Source: Bdellovibrionales bacterium
GTDB lineage: Bacteria > Bdellovibrionota > Bdellovibrionia > Bdellovibrionales > CAYMLA01
Assembly: GCA_965217115.1 (NCBI GenBank)
Contig: OZ244239.1
Coordinates: forward strand, 128,001-192,000
Reading direction: 5' to 3'
DNA: 64,000 nucleotides
The notes under the pieces are model-generated. The model did not search any database and was not told where the DNA came from. It saw only the letters and a program-made list of their open reading frames with translations. Positions 39,326 to 50,112 of this stretch are shown here, one piece after another. Each line of letters starts with the position of its first letter. Position 1 is the stretch's first letter. The position numbers and the translations under genes were made by a program.

Positions 39326-40822
39326 ATGTCTGAATTCATAATTGACGCTGATAAAGAAAACCCACTTAGAACTGAAAAAAGACGGAAGTTAACCGATATG
39401 CGTGAGGCGGGGATAGATCCCTATCCCTACTCCTATGAGAGATCTGGAAAAGCCCATGACTTTGTTGGTAAGTACTTAAGCCTGTCTGAGGGAGAGGCAG
39501 ATTTAGAGGGGGTGGTTTACCACTTTGCCGGGCGTCTGATGACGAAGAGACCTATGGGTAAGGCGGCTTTTTTTAATATTCAGGACGAGAGTGGGCGCTT
39601 GCAGGGATACTTGAAGAAGGACGAGCTAAGTGACGAAGATAAAAAGGTTTTTGAGCTTATTGATATTGGTGATATCGTTGGAATTTCGGGAACGTTTTTT
39701 AAAACCAAAAAAGGAGAGGTGAGTTTACGTTGCAAGACTTTTTCTATTTTGTGTAAGACGTTGGAGCCTCTGCCTGAAAAATTCCACGGTCTAACGGATG
39801 TGGAGACAAAGTACCGTTATCGTCATTTAGATCTTATAATGAATCCAGATTCTCGCCAGATCTTTGCAACTCGATCTCGTATCATTGGCGAAGTCCGTCG
39901 TTTTCTCGATAGTCGAGGTTTTATGGAGGTTGAGACTCCTGTGTTGCAACCTATCTATGGAGGGGCTGCAGCGATGCCATTTTCAACTCAGCATCGAGCT
40001 TTAGATATAAAACTTTTTATGAAGATCAGTCCTGAGTTGTACTTAAAACGTTTAGTTGTCGGTGGATTTGAAAAAGTTTATGAGATTGCTAAGAATTTTC
40101 GCAATGAGGGAATTGACCGCACCCATAACCCTGAGTTTACGATGCTTGAGTGGTATGAAGCCTATACGGATTACAATTATCAGATGACACAGTTTGAAGA
40201 GTTGATTGCACACTTAGCTAAGACAATCACTGGTGATACTAAGATAGACTACCAGGGACAGGAGATTAATTTCAAAGCACCGTGGCGACGGTTGACGGTG
40301 ATGGACGGAATTCGTGAATATGCAGGTGTTGATCCCGATGGACTCTCTGATGAACAGCTATTTACTAAGTGTCGGGAACTCAATGCTGATATAGACAAGC
40401 CTAAGGAGCGGGGCGAGATGTTGATGGAGCTGTTTGAATTATCGGCTGAGGAACATCTTATTCAACCGACATTTGTGATAGATCATCCCATAGAAATATC
40501 ACCTTTGACAAAAAGCCATAGAGACAAACCTGGTTTTGTGGAGCGTTTCGAACCTTTTGTGGCAGGTATGGAAATAGGGAATTCCTACTCTGAGTTAAAT
40601 GATCCAGAAGATCAACGGCAGAGGTTACGTGATCAAGAGTCAAAGAGAGTCATTGATAAGGAGGCACAGCCGATGGATGAAAATTTTCTTCATGCCATTG
40701 ATGTGGGAATGCCTCCGACAGGTGGTGTGGGGATTGGTATTGAAAGAATCGTGATGCTCTTAACCAATCAGGCGAGTATTCGTGACATTCTATTGTTTCC
40801 AACGATGAAACATAAATCTTAG
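39326..40822 (+). CDS. lysS: Lysine--tRNA ligase (class II)
   Basis: PLPEKFHGL, GFMEVETP, FRNEGID.THNPEFT, GMPPTGG.GIG.ER. Confidence 0.97.
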   Translation: MSEFIIDADKENPLRTEKRRKLTDMREAGIDPYPYSYERSGKAHDFVGKYLSLSEGEADLEGVVYHFAGRLMTKRPMGKAAFFNIQDESGRLQGYLKKDELSDEDKKVFELIDIGDIVGISGTFFKTKKGEVSLRCKTFSILCKTLEPLPEKFHGLTDVETKYRYRHLDLIMNPDSRQIFATRSRIIGEVRRFLDSRGFMEVETPVLQPIYGGAAAMPFSTQHRALDIKLFMKISPELYLKRLVVGGFEKVYEIAKNFRNEGIDRTHNPEFTMLEWYEAYTDYNYQMTQFEELIAHLAKTITGDTKIDYQGQEINFKAPWRRLTVMDGIREYAGVDPDGLSDEQLFTKCRELNADIDKPKERGEMLMELFELSAEEHLIQPTFVIDHPIEISPLTKSHRDKPGFVERFEPFVAGMEIGNSYSELNDPEDQRQRLRDQESKRVIDKEAQPMDENFLHAIDVGMPPTGGVGIGIERIVMLLTNQASIRDILLFPTMKHKS

Positions 40823-40844
40823 CTTAATGATGGGAATATTTTTT

Positions 40845-43800
40845 TTACCAAGATGTGAGATACTCTAACCAATCATTGAATTTCCAATCATCCTTGTTTT
40901 CTTGGTTAAGCAGACTTTCAGGATCAATCTCAGTCTCCATACTGATATTCTCAGAGTCAAAAACCTCTCCAGGCAAAAGAGTATAAAAACCAGGTGTGCT
41001 AGGTAGGTGGCCTGCATAGGCGAGGGCTAAACGCTCAACGGGGTAAAATCCTAACGGGTACTGATCCTTTTGATCATCTAAATTTGGCTTTCTCCACGAA
41101 CGGGTGCTTGATTCCCAGATCACTCTAGTACCATCCATCTGTTTAATAAAATTCGTAAAAGTTGACAAGCCACGTACAGATAAGAGCCACGGATGATTTA
41201 TTAGATTAGAAAAATCAAGAATATTTCCTTCTGTAAAATGCTGGGTGGTGTAGTAGTAGGTCTCTCTAAAATACTTTGGCGGATCATCTTGAGAAGGTTC
41301 AATAACATCTCCCGAACAGAGCATAAGCCCCCGAGTGAGATGATCAAATATCTCCTGTTCAGAATATTGATTATTAATGAGATGCTTCATCTCAAGTGAT
41401 CTCCTCCTTATAATTCCTGGGTCCCAGGTAATTGACTCAGGATTTAGCTTGATGGTGATACAAGACTCGTATTTTTGAAAGCCTAAAAGGATTTGCTTCA
41501 TTTCTGTTGAAAGATAAATACCTGTACCAGAGGCTGCATTTGAGTTTCTTGACTTATAATTGCTACGCACAGTACTTGCTGAAAATCCTATACCAGAGAG
41601 AAGTTGCGAAAAAACACCCTTTATCCATTTAAGGGGACTGAAGTAGGCTGCTACACTGTTTGACTTGCTGTCCCCTGCATCTTCGCTAGTTCGAGTATTT
41701 ACATTAAAGTTCAGAGCTAAGCCAGCGGACTCAATGACTTTGCTGGTCTTATGCACTTTGAGCTTTCTATCGATAATAAAAGGGAAAGGAATGTGTTCTT
41801 TAGTCAGAGGAGTGTCCCTGGAAAATTTCTTATGAAGTAGGTTATCCCAATCAACGATGTGGTTATCAAGACCCTCAAGTAGATTAACCCCGCAATGTTT
41901 AATCAAACTGCTCGAAAATGATGTCTCTTCTCCTTTAAGATGCTGACTTCTCATAAGGAGGTCATTATCATGAACATCAAAAAGACGTACTCCTTTAGAG
42001 TTAGGGTAATTGATAATTTTTTTAAAGAAGAGCTGACACATCTTGATAACTAGAATGGGCGACATGGTTCCTTTCTCAAACAACCGATTAATATCTTCTT
42101 GAGTCACTTTTGCATTAGGTTTAGTACCATAATTATCTCTAGTTAATGGTGAGCGGTTTAACTCTTTTATAAGTCCATCAAGGCCGTTATTATCTATAAA
42201 AACCTTATTATTCTCTCTCTGTATTTCAGGAGTAAAGTCTTTTGTAAATGACTCTGGAGATGGCTCTTCTGATAATTGTATGACCTCTAAATTATTGTTC
42301 TTGATGAAATGATTAAAACTCGATTGCCTTGTCATACTCTTCAGATATTGCTTCTCCATTCTTAGCCACCGTGAAATGAGCTTTTCAACAGTCATATCTT
42401 TAAAAGAATCGTCTATCTCAGCTAAGGATTTATCATCTAAAGAGTAAAGCCTCTTTACTGGCATTTGCACAGCTTTAGTAGAAGAGAACTGTAACGATGC
42501 AAGCTGATTGCAATCAGGAGTTTCACAAACTGAAGACGAGAGATCATCTGTCGGCCTCATTGCTGCCGAAGAGTAATTGGACAGCATAACAAGTGGTCCC
42601 ATGAATGTTCGAGTCTTTAAACCTGAATCCTTATCAAGAAGAGCATTGTAGTTATACTTCGTATATTTCTTTAGATCCTCTATAGAGAAATTTTTTGAAA
42701 CTCTCTCATGGGGATTGAGGTTTTCCCCTATCATATTGACTTTATCTAGATCAATAGTCTCTAGTTGTATGAGAAGAAACGTCCTCAAACGAATTAAACG
42801 CATATCACGAACAGTGAATACAATAGGGGTTATGATGAGTCCATTTCTAACTGTGACGAGTTTTTGTATGGGGCTAATAAAATCCCTCACTTGTCCGTCG
42901 ACTCCAAAGTAGGATTTTTTGGCTGCAACCCTTAATAAATAGACACCATCTTTAAGTGGTTCGCTGGTATTAGCTCCATTGATTAAGGTATCACGAATAA
43001 CATAGGGACGTATTTGTAGCTGAAAGGGCTTGTGAAATTCAAGGCTGAGGAAATTGTCGACAGAGTATGTAAAGAAATCAAATGTCTCTAGGTTATAATT
43101 GGCGATAATTAAACGAGCAGGTAATGCATTTTCTGAGCGTTTTTCCATTTCCCTGAGACGCTCCTCACTATTGATCCTTTTATCTTGCCCAAATTCCCAC
43201 CCTCGAGTCCAAGGGTTGATGTAAAAACTGAACTCCCGTTTAAAGCCCGACTTATGCTCCAAAATAAATCTTTTCTTGATATACCTCTCTGGAGAGTAGT
43301 ACTTATGTTGTATGGTGCCTGTCCAAGCTAAATAACCTTTTCCAAGTGATTCTTTAGTTGTAGAAACATCCGATGAAGGGAAATCAGCATCATCTGGCTC
43401 CCCCTTCATTCTAATGGTGAAGTCTTCTTTCTCAATATAATGTCCATGAAAACCATCGAAGACCCTTGTTTCGACAGAGAAATCAACCATTCTCTTTGTT
43501 GCCGTCTGCCAGCGAATTCCTTTAAATTTTATTATAAGAGTTTCTAAATCAAATGCACTTGCAGAGGGGGCCCCTTTAATATCAGCGATATTAGGAATTT
43601 TATCCAGGTAATCTCTTTGGAAAGAAAAGTTTTTCTTTAGAAAATCGTTCTTAGGGAAAATAGTTCCAGGGGTTATTTTATGTGCACTCCCTAGATCAAA
43701 AACACCTTCAAATCTCTTAATATGATTCTGGTTATTAATTGGCACTAACCGCAGAGCAAGCTCTAAATCTCCAGTCTTATAGAGACCGGGGATATCAACA

Positions 43801-45734
43801 TCTATACCGGCAATCAGTTGAGAGTTTTTAATAGAGACATGGGTCTGTTTAGGGTCTTTTATTTTTGATAAAATTTGTCGTATTTCTTTTTTATCTTTGC
43901 CATAACGAACAGACACAATATAGGGAATCAGCTTAAATTCTCCAGAAGTAAGAACTTTAGGGTCAAGAGGATTCCCAAAGTGATCGAATAAAATAATTTT
44001 CGGTTGTAGAGTTAAGTTAATTCTTATGTTGAGGCCCTTGTTAGACTTATGAGTTTGAGATATCCGAGTGTGGACACTAGGCAAGTGTAGATAACCATAG
44101 TTTTCTGTACGGGTTCCCATTAGATAACTTAAAGCCTCTTCTTCAGAGACAAGAAGTTTTTTCGGAATTTTAGGAGCTTTTGATGTTGTCTGCTCAATAA
44201 ACTCTGGTGAATTTATTTTGTGATCTTTATTCCAAGGATTAATGATAAATTTAATATTACGGGTCCCATAGTGTCTTTTTACACCTGTTATCTTCCGTTG
44301 GATAAGAATATTAGCGGCCTGGGAGATACTGTCATAGGCAAAGCTCTCCTTCCATGAAACACAGCCATCGTCTCCTGTGTTAGCTTTTCGGTGTTCTTTA
44401 CCAATTCTTATAAAGAAGGTTTGTCCTGGCTTCACGATACTGTTATTGAGATTGCTTTTAAGACAAGCGGTAACAGTGTAATCCCTAGCTTGGGTGAAAC
44501 GCCACTTCTTATCGACTTTCGTGCGTATAGAGGAGCCTGATAATTTATGAACAAAGAAAGAGACAGGAGTCGTGAGGGAATAAATATTATCTGGCAAATC
44601 TCCAGCACTCTTCTCATTGACCTTAAACAAAAATGGGATGTATTTTTTTTGTAAACTAAATTTTTGACCGACATTATGCATGTTTTTTTGGAGGAGACCT
44701 GTCTGGGTTTTAAATATGTCCTTTGTCTTTCCCATGCGGTAGATCCCCTCTAAACGAGTTAGACCAGGGGGGGCATTTCTGGGCACAAGGCGTAGAGCCA
44801 ATTCTAGGAATCCATCATGGGCTTGATATTGCAATGTTGTGAGTAAATTAACATCTAATTGGCCATTGACAATAACGGCTTTTTTCTTTGGTACTGAACG
44901 GGTGAGCGGTGTCCGAACGTACTTACCATTTTCGATTGTAACAGCAATAACTTGTGCCCACACGTCAAAGGAACCTTTTTTAAGCTTGTATGCATAGGAG
45001 GCTCCGTAAATGTCGGTTAACGCAATAGATGGCTTTATAGAGAGTTGTAATTCCGTGCTGACACCATTTTTTGAGCGCCCCAATTCGACTCCTGTATAGG
45101 ATAACTTAGGAGCCCATATAAAACGGGTTTTAAGTTTGCCCTGTTTACTCAGTCCTTTGAGGGCATTGTTCACAGCCCCTTTCTCCATAACAAGTGAGCC
45201 TTCAGGGATAGCGCTGGGCTTATTGGGGTCGTCTCTGAGATCCACAAATTCTGGAGTCTTAGAGCCTCTGTCTTGAGTCCATGGATTAAAGGCGATCTTA
45301 AATGGTCTCTGCCCTTTAAGAGTTCCAGTGGATTGAATGTATCCTTTCAGAAAAACGTGCTGGGAATCAGCTAAAAAGTTATAGGGTATGTATTGAGTCC
45401 AACTCAAACAACCGTCCGCATCAGTTTCTGCGCGGGTAGAAACATCTCCGACCTTGATGACAAACGGATGGCCTGGAAGCTTATTATTAGTGATATTCTC
45501 TCTGATACAGGTAGATAGGGCGTATTTTTTTGCCTGGGGAATATCCCAGCCTTTTACGATATTTGTTTTGGCAACCGGACCATCTTTTTCAATTTTAGTG
45601 ATGTAGAAAGAAGCCGCGTTCTCTTCTCTCTTAAGATTCTTATCAGGATCGTGTGGTGTTGGCTGAACACATCCGATAAGTGAGAAGATAGAAATCGGTA
45701 ATATAAACTTTGAGAGGAGACTAAAGCTTTTCAT
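40845..45734 (-). CDS. Very large putative lipoprotein (~1630 aa) with ~350-aa internal repeats (start reassigned to ATG 45734)
   Basis: MKSFSLLSKFILPISIFSLIGC lipoprotein signal; duplicated GC(L/V)SW, NPW, PEF and LELALRLVP motifs; overlaps the upstream barrel gene. Confidence 0.75.
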   Translation of the reverse strand: MKSFSLLSKFILPISIFSLIGCVQPTPHDPDKNLKREENAASFYITKIEKDGPVAKTNIVKGWDIPQAKKYALSTCIRENITNNKLPGHPFVIKVGDVSTRAETDADGCLSWTQYIPYNFLADSQHVFLKGYIQSTGTLKGQRPFKIAFNPWTQDRGSKTPEFVDLRDDPNKPSAIPEGSLVMEKGAVNNALKGLSKQGKLKTRFIWAPKLSYTGVELGRSKNGVSTELQLSIKPSIALTDIYGASYAYKLKKGSFDVWAQVIAVTIENGKYVRTPLTRSVPKKKAVIVNGQLDVNLLTTLQYQAHDGFLELALRLVPRNAPPGLTRLEGIYRMGKTKDIFKTQTGLLQKNMHNVGQKFSLQKKYIPFLFKVNEKSAGDLPDNIYSLTTPVSFFVHKLSGSSIRTKVDKKWRFTQARDYTVTACLKSNLNNSIVKPGQTFFIRIGKEHRKANTGDDGCVSWKESFAYDSISQAANILIQRKITGVKRHYGTRNIKFIINPWNKDHKINSPEFIEQTTSKAPKIPKKLLVSEEEALSYLMGTRTENYGYLHLPSVHTRISQTHKSNKGLNIRINLTLQPKIILFDHFGNPLDPKVLTSGEFKLIPYIVSVRYGKDKKEIRQILSKIKDPKQTHVSIKNSQLIAGIDVDIPGLYKTGDLELALRLVPINNQNHIKRFEGVFDLGSAHKITPGTIFPKNDFLKKNFSFQRDYLDKIPNIADIKGAPSASAFDLETLIIKFKGIRWQTATKRMVDFSVETRVFDGFHGHYIEKEDFTIRMKGEPDDADFPSSDVSTTKESLGKGYLAWTGTIQHKYYSPERYIKKRFILEHKSGFKREFSFYINPWTRGWEFGQDKRINSEERLREMEKRSENALPARLIIANYNLETFDFFTYSVDNFLSLEFHKPFQLQIRPYVIRDTLINGANTSEPLKDGVYLLRVAAKKSYFGVDGQVRDFISPIQKLVTVRNGLIITPIVFTVRDMRLIRLRTFLLIQLETIDLDKVNMIGENLNPHERVSKNFSIEDLKKYTKYNYNALLDKDSGLKTRTFMGPLVMLSNYSSAAMRPTDDLSSSVCETPDCNQLASLQFSSTKAVQMPVKRLYSLDDKSLAEIDDSFKDMTVEKLISRWLRMEKQYLKSMTRQSSFNHFIKNNNLEVIQLSEEPSPESFTKDFTPEIQRENNKVFIDNNGLDGLIKELNRSPLTRDNYGTKPNAKVTQEDINRLFEKGTMSPILVIKMCQLFFKKIINYPNSKGVRLFDVHDNDLLMRSQHLKGEETSFSSSLIKHCGVNLLEGLDNHIVDWDNLLHKKFSRDTPLTKEHIPFPFIIDRKLKVHKTSKVIESAGLALNFNVNTRTSEDAGDSKSNSVAAYFSPLKWIKGVFSQLLSGIGFSASTVRSNYKSRNSNAASGTGIYLSTEMKQILLGFQKYESCITIKLNPESITWDPGIIRRRSLEMKHLINNQYSEQEIFDHLTRGLMLCSGDVIEPSQDDPPKYFRETYYYTTQHFTEGNILDFSNLINHPWLLSVRGLSTFTNFIKQMDGTRVIWESSTRSWRKPNLDDQKDQYPLGFYPVERLALAYAGHLPSTPGFYTLLPGEVFDSENISMETEIDPESLLNQENKDDWKFNDWLEYLTSW

Positions 45735-46869
45735 ATAAAGTCTCCAAGTTAATAAAGTAATGGGATTGGGCCTCTTGAATATTTGATGGATTGATAAGTC
45801 CGCTCTTGCTGTAACCACCGGCAACTTTAAAGTCGTAATTATTGAGTTGTAACCCTAAAGCGACAGAATAGCCGTTGCGATTATTATGACCGTGACTAGA
45901 ACTGTTGTAAAACCCAGGGGAGGTGTCTGACTCATTAAAGAAAGAGCTGACCATTAAAGAGTACACCTGTGATTTTCCATTGAATTTGATTTCTGTGAAG
46001 ATCTCCCGTCCCAAGCGATAGGATGTGGGTGCCTTTTGATTTTCAAGAATATAGCCACCAATTTTTAATTTGAGACTTCGAGTGAGATTGGCACGAAGAT
46101 ATCCGCCGTAGAGAAGTCCATCAAATTTATAGATAAAGTAATTTCGTGGTGAATTTGGACCAATAAAATTAATAGAATTTCCGTAAATAGAACTCTGCTC
46201 TATAACAGTATTAGGTAATTGCGAGAACTTATAATGAGTTAGAAATCCTTGTGCAACGATTCTAGAAGTGATCTTGGCTCCAATGATGAGGCTCTCTGTA
46301 TAAAAAGTAGGTGTGGGCTCCTTAGTAACGGCCTTTGTTGAGAGCGTTGATGAAGAAGGTATCGCCTGCTGTAATCTGAGTTCGGCAAAGAGAGATGGAG
46401 TCTTCCATTTCAATCTCTCTACGAGAGCTGGGAAAGCTTTGGAGCTGACAAGAAGGGGGCTATTGAGATGTTTCTGATTAATAGCTCCTGATCTCATGGA
46501 AAAAAATTTAAAGGGAGCCCATGACAAATAGGCCTCAGAGAGGGAAATTGAATTTGATGGTTTAAAATCCCCAAAATGGGATTGAACACGGCCTGTCCCT
46601 AAATTGGCTGACACCTCTGTTTTAGTATATAGAGAGGGGGTCAGTTGATAACTTATAAGGCCTTTGATGGCAGATTGAGCAATTTGTGATGACTCAGTAG
46701 GACTGTCATAGGAGCTCCCTCCAAAGGAGAGCTTCCACTGTGCTTGATACCGTTGTTCTTTTTCTACAGAGAGGTTGCTCAGAGGATCATTGGCCCATAA
46801 ATCGGCGAGACAAGTCAGAGAACTTGCTAAGATCAAAGCCAATTTAAGAAACTGCCTGTTTTCCATCAT
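45721..46869 (-). CDS. Putative outer-membrane beta-barrel / porin-like protein
   Basis: Signal peptide (…LWA-ND); amphipathic beta-strands, e.g. LSEAYLSW..F..RSG. Confidence 0.6.
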   Translation of the reverse strand: MMENRQFLKLALILASSLTCLADLWANDPLSNLSVEKEQRYQAQWKLSFGGSSYDSPTESSQIAQSAIKGLISYQLTPSLYTKTEVSANLGTGRVQSHFGDFKPSNSISLSEAYLSWAPFKFFSMRSGAINQKHLNSPLLVSSKAFPALVERLKWKTPSLFAELRLQQAIPSSSTLSTKAVTKEPTPTFYTESLIIGAKITSRIVAQGFLTHYKFSQLPNTVIEQSSIYGNSINFIGPNSPRNYFIYKFDGLLYGGYLRANLTRSLKLKIGGYILENQKAPTSYRLGREIFTEIKFNGKSQVYSLMVSSFFNESDTSPGFYNSSSHGHNNRNGYSVALGLQLNNYDFKVAGGYSKSGLINPSNIQEAQSHYFINLETLYEKL

Positions 46870-47132
46870 TTCCCCATTTTTAGTGAAAGTGTTAGTTAAC
46901 CAATGTCATTCAAGAATTATGCTTGGAGAGATCTGCTCTAAGTGCTTGTTTAGAGAGTTAAAAAGCACGTTGCAGGCTGTATAAACTATGGATAAGTGAC
47001 AAAAAAAGTCCCTCCAGAAAATCGGCTCAAGGGCCTTTATGCGTTGCAGCTAGAATCTAAATTGCTTTGCAATTCATCTTTGCTGGTGGAACTCTTTTTA
47101 GTAGCTCTTAATTTTCATGGAGGAAATAAGGC

Positions 47133-47972
47133 ATGCTGAAGGCGTCGCTATTTTTATGGTTGGGTTTAATTAATTTCAATTTATACGCTTTCCCAGAAGC
47201 TCCCCACGATGCCTTAGAGATACTAGCTCCAGAATCAAATGGGGATGATTATGATTTTGAGGGTATCGTCAAACTATCTAATTGCAGTGGCTCTGTTATT
47301 CACTTTAAAGGACAGCCCCTGAGCGCGAAGGCCCTTGTCTTGACCAATGGTCACTGCTTGGGGAGACCTTTTGTGAGGCCGGGAGCATTCATTCTTAATA
47401 AAAAAAGCCAACGCCCAATGAAAGTTGCCGATAGTAATAGAACCTTTCATCCTATAAGAGCCCAGAAAATTATCTATGGGACGATGACCACGACAGACGC
47501 CGCTATTTATGAGATTCAGAGAACTTATAGAGAGCTTCAAGAACTGGGCATTAGACCTTTTGAATTAAATGATAGGCGTCCTGAGATAAGAACTGCCATC
47601 AACATTATCTCAGGTTATTGGGAGAGAGGATACCACTGCAAGATAGACGATTTTGTTTATCTTCTCAGGGAAGAAGAGTGGTCTTTTTCTGATTCCATTC
47701 GCTACACTAGCCAGGGCTGTAAGACCATTGGTGGGACAAGTGGGGCTCCCATTATTATGGATGGCACAAGAACAGTCATAGGTGTGAACAATACGGGTAA
47801 TCAATCTGGGCGACGATGCACTACGAATAATCCATGCGAGGTTGATAGAAGTGGAAGAGTGACTGTAAGAAGAGGCGCGTCCTATGGTCAACAAACTTAT
47901 TTGTTCTATGGTTGCCTAAATTCAGATTATGAAATAGATCTTAACCTTCCTACCTGTCAACTTCCCAAGTAA
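47133..47972 (+). CDS. Secreted trypsin-like (S1) serine protease
   Basis: CSG, LTNGHC, TDAAIY, GGTSGAP catalytic motifs; signal peptide. Confidence 0.9.
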   Translation: MLKASLFLWLGLINFNLYAFPEAPHDALEILAPESNGDDYDFEGIVKLSNCSGSVIHFKGQPLSAKALVLTNGHCLGRPFVRPGAFILNKKSQRPMKVADSNRTFHPIRAQKIIYGTMTTTDAAIYEIQRTYRELQELGIRPFELNDRRPEIRTAINIISGYWERGYHCKIDDFVYLLREEEWSFSDSIRYTSQGCKTIGGTSGAPIIMDGTRTVIGVNNTGNQSGRRCTTNNPCEVDRSGRVTVRRGASYGQQTYLFYGCLNSDYEIDLNLPTCQLPK

Positions 47973-47989
47973 GAGATTAAAGGAAGTAA

Positions 47990-49477
47990 ATGCTTTCAGA
48001 GCGTCGTTCTAAAATCGTTGTCACCATTGGACCTGCAACGAGTCATCGTGAGAATTTAAAGAGAGCCATTCAGTCGGGAATGAATGTCGTTCGATTGAAT
48101 TTTAGTCATGGGACCCATGCAGACCATTTATCTGTCATTGTGAATATTCGAGAGTTATCCCATGAGCTAAAGGCACCAGTTGCTATCTTACAGGATTTAC
48201 AAGGTCCTAAGATCCGTGTTGGAAAATTTAAAAATGGTTTCATTCAACTTGAAAAAGGCCAGGAAGTCTGTGTCACGGTTCGTGATGTGGAAGGCAAGGA
48301 CGGTTTAATTCCCAGTGATTTTAAAAAATTACCCGAATCTTGTCAAATTGGGACAAAGATTTTATTAGATGATGGCTTACTCGAATTGATGGTTAAGGAC
48401 GTCAAGGGAGAGGATATCATCTGCAAAGTGATCTTTGGTGGAGTTTTAAAAGATCGTAAGGGAATGAATATCCCCGGTGCTTCTCTGTCTGTGGATTGTC
48501 TGACTCCAAAGGATTTGGAAGATCTCGAATTTGGAATGAAGAATGGTGTCGATCATGTTGCTCTAAGTTTTGTTCGTCAGGGACAGGATATACGTCAATT
48601 GCGAGAGATCTTAAATAAGAATGATTGTAATGCTAGGATTGTTGCAAAGATAGAGATGTTAGAAGCACTGGATAATCTTGATGAGATTGTGAATTTAAGT
48701 GATGCAGTGATGGTGGCTCGGGGGGACTTAGCCGTCGAAGTGGGGCAGGCTCGGTTGCCACAATTACAGAAAGAGATCATTCGTGTCGCAAATAAGCAGG
48801 GGAAACCTGTTATAACAGCAACTCAGATGTTAGATAGTATGGTGGAAAACCCCCGTCCTACGCGGGCAGAGATAACTGATGTGGCCAATGCAGTCTTAGA
48901 TGGGTCCGATGCTCTGATGCTTTCAGCCGAGTCGGCAAGTGGAAAGTATCCTTTTAAATGTATTCAAACCATGCATGAAATTATCCTGGAAGTTGAGAAA
49001 AACGGATGTAGTTACTACAACATTGACTTAGAGGATAGTTTTCTCAGTGTCCCTGCCTCCATCGGGGCCAGTGCCTGTTTGAGCGCACTAAAATTGGATG
49101 CAACGGCGATTGTCTCTTTAACGACAACAGGAAAGACGGCGAGGATCATTTCTGGATTTCGTCCCAAGGCTCGAGTCATTGCCATAACCCATCATATTAA
49201 GACTCTCAATAGCTTAGAGTTAACTTGGGGTATTCAGACAATTTTAATCAAGAGTTATGATACGATGGACGACGCTATTTCACAGATCGAAGGGGCTCTC
49301 CTAAAAAATGGTATTGTTAAAACAGGTGATCGTATCCTGTTAACACTTGGTTTACCCGTAAAAAAAGGTTCAAAGACAAATACGATGAAAATGTGCCTTA
49401 TTGATCGTGAAGATATTCAACAGTTGCCTGTAGAGGAGTTACCCCTTCGTTGTCGCCCTGAATCTTTTGTTAATTAA
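47990..49477 (+). CDS. pyk: Pyruvate kinase
   Basis: RLNFSHG, DLQGPKIR, AKIE, MVARGDL.VE, TATQMLDSM, PTRAE. Confidence 0.97.
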   Translation: MLSERRSKIVVTIGPATSHRENLKRAIQSGMNVVRLNFSHGTHADHLSVIVNIRELSHELKAPVAILQDLQGPKIRVGKFKNGFIQLEKGQEVCVTVRDVEGKDGLIPSDFKKLPESCQIGTKILLDDGLLELMVKDVKGEDIICKVIFGGVLKDRKGMNIPGASLSVDCLTPKDLEDLEFGMKNGVDHVALSFVRQGQDIRQLREILNKNDCNARIVAKIEMLEALDNLDEIVNLSDAVMVARGDLAVEVGQARLPQLQKEIIRVANKQGKPVITATQMLDSMVENPRPTRAEITDVANAVLDGSDALMLSAESASGKYPFKCIQTMHEIILEVEKNGCSYYNIDLEDSFLSVPASIGASACLSALKLDATAIVSLTTTGKTARIISGFRPKARVIAITHHIKTLNSLELTWGIQTILIKSYDTMDDAISQIEGALLKNGIVKTGDRILLTLGLPVKKGSKTNTMKMCLIDREDIQQLPVEELPLRCRPESFVN

Positions 49478-49557
49478 GCATCATCATTTAAATTATGCTG
49501 TGAAGCCCCATAAAAAAAAATCTGTACTTTGCTGTTAGCTTCAGTAGACTTAATAGT

Positions 49558-50112
49558 GTGGATAGAGCGGTGGGGTTAACAGATTATTTTCATAATGTTT
49601 TAGGTGTACAAAGTATTTTGTGCCCTGATGTGAAACCACCTCAGGCTCAACCTAGTAACCAGTTTGAACTATGGAAGGAAGAAGCGAGGGGAGCTGTCTA
49701 CGGCCAGGTTCTTTTCTTTCATCTAAAGAAAAAGTCAGAAGAGAGCCTTTTCTCAAAAGCTCCATACAGTTTATTAAAGAAAATGATTCAAGCGATGAAA
49801 ATACCAGAAGACCAGTGGAGAGTGTTAGAGATCACTCCTGAAAGCCTTCTAGACAAGAGCGGAATGAATTCTTGCCGGAGTTATCTTCTCACTTCAGGTT
49901 TTCCGATCATTGTGATTCTGGGGGTTGAGGGTTACGAGGCATTGTTCGCTGAAGAACCTAGTGGCTCTCAAGGCCGAGGAAATTGGTTTGAAATGGAAGG
50001 TATTAAACTTATGCCCACCCATTCCCCTTTATTTTTGTTAGAGAATCCTTTAAATAAAGGCGATACGTGGACTGATCTGAAAAAAATCATGGGAGAACTC
50101 AAAATTTGTTAA
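49558..50112 (+). CDS. Degenerate uracil-DNA-glycosylase family 4-like protein
   Basis: LLKKMIQAM, IIVILG, RGNW, MPTHSP.FLL.NP..K..TW.DLK match the family-4 C-terminal half; GE(A/G)PG and the Fe-S Cys pattern are absent. Confidence 0.55.
   Translation: MDRAVGLTDYFHNVLGVQSILCPDVKPPQAQPSNQFELWKEEARGAVYGQVLFFHLKKKSEESLFSKAPYSLLKKMIQAMKIPEDQWRVLEITPESLLDKSGMNSCRSYLLTSGFPIIVILGVEGYEALFAEEPSGSQGRGNWFEMEGIKLMPTHSPLFLLENPLNKGDTWTDLKKIMGELKIC

Noticed and set aside
45735..45824. N-terminal 30-aa extension of the giant ORF
   Set aside because: It lies within the barrel gene; the lipoprotein signal starts at ATG 45734.
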